A stretch of DNA of 16,833 bases from Acidobacteriota bacterium (lineage in GTDB: Bacteria; Acidobacteriota; Thermoanaerobaculia; Multivoradales; UBA5704). The DNA lies in the NCBI GenBank assembly GCA_040005235.1, contig JBDTZG010000088.1, positions 1 to 16,833 on the forward strand. The letters are read 5' to 3'. The notes beneath the pieces are model-generated. The model saw only the letters and a program-made list of their open reading frames with translations, was not told the origin of the DNA and ran no database searches. Each line of letters starts with the position of its first letter. Position 1 is the stretch's first letter. Positions 14,140 to 16,833 of this stretch are shown piece after piece. Made by a program: the position numbers and the translations under genes.

Positions 14140-15330
14140 ATGCTTCGACGCCTCTCTTTCATCACGGCCGGCGAGAGCCACGGCCCCGGGCTCACCGCGC
14201 TTCTTACCGGTCTTCCCGCCGGTCTCCCCGTCGATTTCGCCCTGCTCGAACGAGAAATGGCCCGGCGCCAGCACGGTTTCGGCCGCGGCCGGCGGATGGC
14301 GATCGAGCAGGATCGCGCCGAGATCCGCGGCGGCGTCCGGGGGGGAGAGACGATCGGCTCCCCCGTGGCGCTCTGGATCGAAAACCGCGATTGGACCAAC
14401 TGGCAGCAGGTAATGGGCATCGCGGAAGGCGACGTCGATCCGCACCGCGCCGAGCTGCGCCGGGTGAAAAGCCCGCGCCCCGGCCATGTGGATCTGCCCG
14501 GCGGCCTCAAATACGACCGGCGCGACCTGCGCGACGTGCTGGAGCGCGCCTCGGCGCGCGAAACCGCCGCCCGGGTGGCGGCGGGCGCGTTCGCCAAGAT
14601 GCTGCTCGCCGAGCTGGGAATTGAGATCAAGAGCGGCGTCCGCTCGCTCGGCTCGGTGGGCGTCGACCGGCCCACCCCCACCTGGGACGATCTGCTCGGC
14701 GTCGACGACGGCTCGCCGCTGCGGGCGATCGATCGCGCACTCGAACCCGAAATGATCGCCCTGGTCGAACAGGCCAAGGACGAGGGCGAAACCCTGGGCG
14801 GCGCGGTGACCGTGATCGCCCGCGGGGTGCCTGTGGGTTTGGGTTCCTACGTCCAGTGGAGCGACAAGCTCGACGGCCGGCTCGCCCAGGCGGTCCTGTC
14901 GGTCCACGCGATCAAAGCGGTCGAAATCGGCTCGGGGATCGCCGCGAGCCGCGGTTTCGGCAGCTCGGCGCACGATCCGATCGAGCTCGTCGAGGGACGC
15001 TTCGTCCGCCCGAGCAACCGGGCCGGCGGCCTCGAAGGCGGGGTGACGAACGGCGAGGACGTCGTGATCACCGCCTACAAGAAGCCGATCGCCACCCTCC
15101 GGAAGGGGCTTCCTTCCGTCGACCTCGACACCCTCTCGGCCGCGCCCTCCCAATACGAGCGGAGCGACGTGACCGCCCTCCCGGCGGCCGGGGTGATCGT
15201 CGAGGCGATGGTCGCCTTGGTGCTCGCCGACGCCCTGCTCGAAAAACTAGGGGGCGATTCGCTCGCCGAGGTGAAGGCGCATTACGAGGCCACGAAGGCG
15301 CTCCAAAAGCGTTGGCCGGATAGAAGTTAA
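14140..15330 (+). CDS. aroC: Chorismate synthase (396 aa)
   Basis: MLRRLSFITAGESHGP, RRQHGFGRGRRM, PRPGHVD, LERASARETAARVAAG, AIKAVEIG, SNRAGGLEGGVTNG, KPIATL and ERSDV. The start is set at ATG 14140 by the family's N-terminus. Confidence 0.98.
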   Translation: MLRRLSFITAGESHGPGLTALLTGLPAGLPVDFALLEREMARRQHGFGRGRRMAIEQDRAEIRGGVRGGETIGSPVALWIENRDWTNWQQVMGIAEGDVDPHRAELRRVKSPRPGHVDLPGGLKYDRRDLRDVLERASARETAARVAAGAFAKMLLAELGIEIKSGVRSLGSVGVDRPTPTWDDLLGVDDGSPLRAIDRALEPEMIALVEQAKDEGETLGGAVTVIARGVPVGLGSYVQWSDKLDGRLAQAVLSVHAIKAVEIGSGIAASRGFGSSAHDPIELVEGRFVRPSNRAGGLEGGVTNGEDVVITAYKKPIATLRKGLPSVDLDTLSAAPSQYERSDVTALPAAGVIVEAMVALVLADALLEKLGGDSLAEVKAHYEATKALQKRWPDRS

Positions 15331-15384
15331 CGGGTCGCGTATACTTCCCACTTCCGAGCCGCCCAGGGCGGACACGGATCTTCG

Positions 15385-15392
15385 AAAAGGAG
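15385..15392 (+). promoter_or_regulatory. Shine-Dalgarno AAAAGGAG, 6 nt before ATC 15399; candidate -10 TATACT at 15340-15345
   Basis: ttcgAAAAGGAGacgatcATCagcgcgagagtgttc. Confidence 0.7.
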
Positions 15393-15398
15393 ACGATC

Positions 15399-15791
15399 AT
15401 CAGCGCGAGAGTGTTCGTCGGCAACCTCAGTGACTACACGACCCAGGGCGATCTCCAGGCGCTGTTTGCCGAGGTCGGCGAGGTGGTCGAAGTCTTCCTT
15501 CCCTCCGACCGCGCCACCGGCAGGCCGCGAGGATTCGCCTTCATCGAGTTCGGCGACGACGCGCAGGCGGCCGCCGCGATCGAGAAGTTCGAAGGCCACG
15601 AGTTGGAAGGCCGCAAAATTCGGGTGACCGAAGCCGAAGACCGGCGAGCCGGCGGGCCGTCCGGATTTTCCGGCGGCGGCGGCGGCGGCGGTGGAGGCGG
15701 CGGCGGTGGTTTCCGTCCCCCCGCGGCAAAGAATCGCCCGAAGCCGAAAGGTAGCCGAAGAAACCTCCGCGGTCGGAAGCGGAGCCTATAG
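15399..15791 (+). CDS. RRM-domain RNA-binding protein with poly-Gly linker and basic tail; probable ATC start (130 aa; the ORF track starts it at GTG 15411)
   Basis: RNP2 VFVGNL, DRATGRP, RNP1 RGFAFIEF, GRKIRVTEA, then G13 and KPKGSRRNLRGRKRSL. Confidence 0.92.
   Translation: MSARVFVGNLSDYTTQGDLQALFAEVGEVVEVFLPSDRATGRPRGFAFIEFGDDAQAAAAIEKFEGHELEGRKIRVTEAEDRRAGGPSGFSGGGGGGGGGGGGGFRPPAAKNRPKPKGSRRNLRGRKRSL
15672..15710 (+). repeat. GGC-rich trinucleotide tract encoding 13 glycines
   Basis: (GGC)6 GGT GGA (GGC)3 GGT GGT, seen directly. Confidence 0.9.
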
Positions 15792-15807
15792 GCGAAGACC
15801 GACGCGT

Positions 15808-15833
15808 CGGAGCGGGTCCCATCTCCCGCTCCG
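15808..15833. terminator. 9-bp hairpin between convergent RRM and HExxH genes
   Basis: CGGAGCGGG-N8-CCCGCTCCG, with no U-tract. Confidence 0.45.
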
Positions 15834-15843
15834 CCGCAGAGCG

Positions 15844-16740
15844 TTACCTGGGTTCTCGGCGGCGCGAGCCGGCGAACCGCAGCAAAGTTCCCGCCCCAAA
15901 AAGAACGCCGGACACCCCGGCCGCCAGCCCCACCACCAAGAGCTGCAACCCCCACAGAATCGCCGTCGCCACGCTCCAGAGGGCGAGCCAAACTCCCAGC
16001 CAAACCGCGCCGAGGGCGGCAAGAGGCCCAACGACCGCAAAACCGAGCGCGACCGCGGGCCGCAGCGCAGGACGATGCCAACCCCGCTTCAACGCCTCGC
16101 CCGCCCGTCCCAGCACTCCGAGCCCAGCGCTTCGCCAGGCCTTCCGCCAGAACTCGACACCGCTCCCCTCGATCGACTGCTCGGCCGCCGCCTCCGCGAC
16201 GTGTACGTCGGCCACTCTCCCCCCCGCCGCTCGCGCTGAAAGCGCCTGCTCGAACCGGCTCGCCCGCCGACCGGCATGCTCGTACGCATCGGTCTCGATC
16301 GGATGGTCGTCATACTGAAACCGGTTCGCCGCCGCGCACGCGAGGTAAAGAATCGGAAACGGCCGTACCAGCCCGATCCCCCAACCCCCCAGAATCTCCT
16401 GGATCTGAAGGGCATGGAACGCCTCGTGGACCAGGATGCCGAGACCCGACACGGTGTGCGCACGAAACGACCGGCGGCGCACGTAAATCCCGACCCGCCG
16501 GAACCCGAACGGCGAAGGCAGCGTGATCGCCTGGTAGGGACCTAAAGCCAGAAGGTGGGGCATCCCCAGATAAAACCGAACATGCGCCAGATCGAGCCGC
16601 GGATAGACCGACCTGAGCACCGACAGCAACTCCGGCGGAGGTACCACTCGCGGCGGCAAGGCCCACTGCCAGATCGCGAGGGCAACATGGCGGAGGCCGT
16701 CGCCGAGAGGAAGACGGATTCGAACGGGGATTCTCGGCAC
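15844..16740 (-). CDS. Putative Zn-metallopeptidase-like protein (DUF4157-like) with C-terminal transmembrane helices (up to 298 aa; start uncertain)
   Basis: LDLAHVRF, AITL, LGILVHEAFHALQ (HExxH) and YDDHPIETDAY (candidate third ligand Glu), followed by long hydrophobic C-terminal segments. A -10-like TACGAT lies 11 nt upstream of GTG 16740. Confidence 0.72.
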   Translation of the reverse strand: MPRIPVRIRLPLGDGLRHVALAIWQWALPPRVVPPPELLSVLRSVYPRLDLAHVRFYLGMPHLLALGPYQAITLPSPFGFRRVGIYVRRRSFRAHTVSGLGILVHEAFHALQIQEILGGWGIGLVRPFPILYLACAAANRFQYDDHPIETDAYEHAGRRASRFEQALSARAAGGRVADVHVAEAAAEQSIEGSGVEFWRKAWRSAGLGVLGRAGEALKRGWHRPALRPAVALGFAVVGPLAALGAVWLGVWLALWSVATAILWGLQLLVVGLAAGVSGVLFGAGTLLRFAGSRRREPR

Positions 16741-16833
16741 GGCGGGACGATATCGTAGGAGAGGTCCGGGGTCCTTCGATCTCTAGCGCCTTAACGTCCC
16801 GCCAGGGACGTCGTAACGTAGCGAGCGGTTTCA

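Overview
GC-rich bacterial chromosomal window with 13 protein-coding genes and no recognisable rRNA, tRNA, CRISPR array or transposase. The lineage is probably Acidobacteriota/Thermoanaerobaculia-like, which is an inference from protein families only. Gene order: pterin-4a-carbinolamine dehydratase (-, missed by the ORF track), PH-domain/SHOCT membrane protein (-), DUF5715/M15-like peptidase with 3 LysM domains, secreted hypothetical protein, signal-less BtuF-like binding protein, secreted multidomain protein, a two-gene glycan-biosynthesis unit, a minimal RNase II-family nuclease, an orphan ECF sigma factor (-), aroC, an RRM RNA-binding protein, and a membrane-anchored HExxH protein (-). The main points of interest are: (i) a NodS-like methyltransferase / NodB-like deacetylase / GT2 / coiled-coil fusion followed by a dual glycosyltransferase with an internal repeat, possibly an undescribed polymerise-deacetylate-methylate glycan system; (ii) an RRM gene whose Shine-Dalgarno points at a non-canonical ATC start; (iii) several apparently leaderless genes; (iv) a duplicated palindromic motif over two tandem -10 boxes upstream of the ECF gene; and (v) a REPIN-like inverted repeat. 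All family assignments come from motif recognition by eye, not from database searches.
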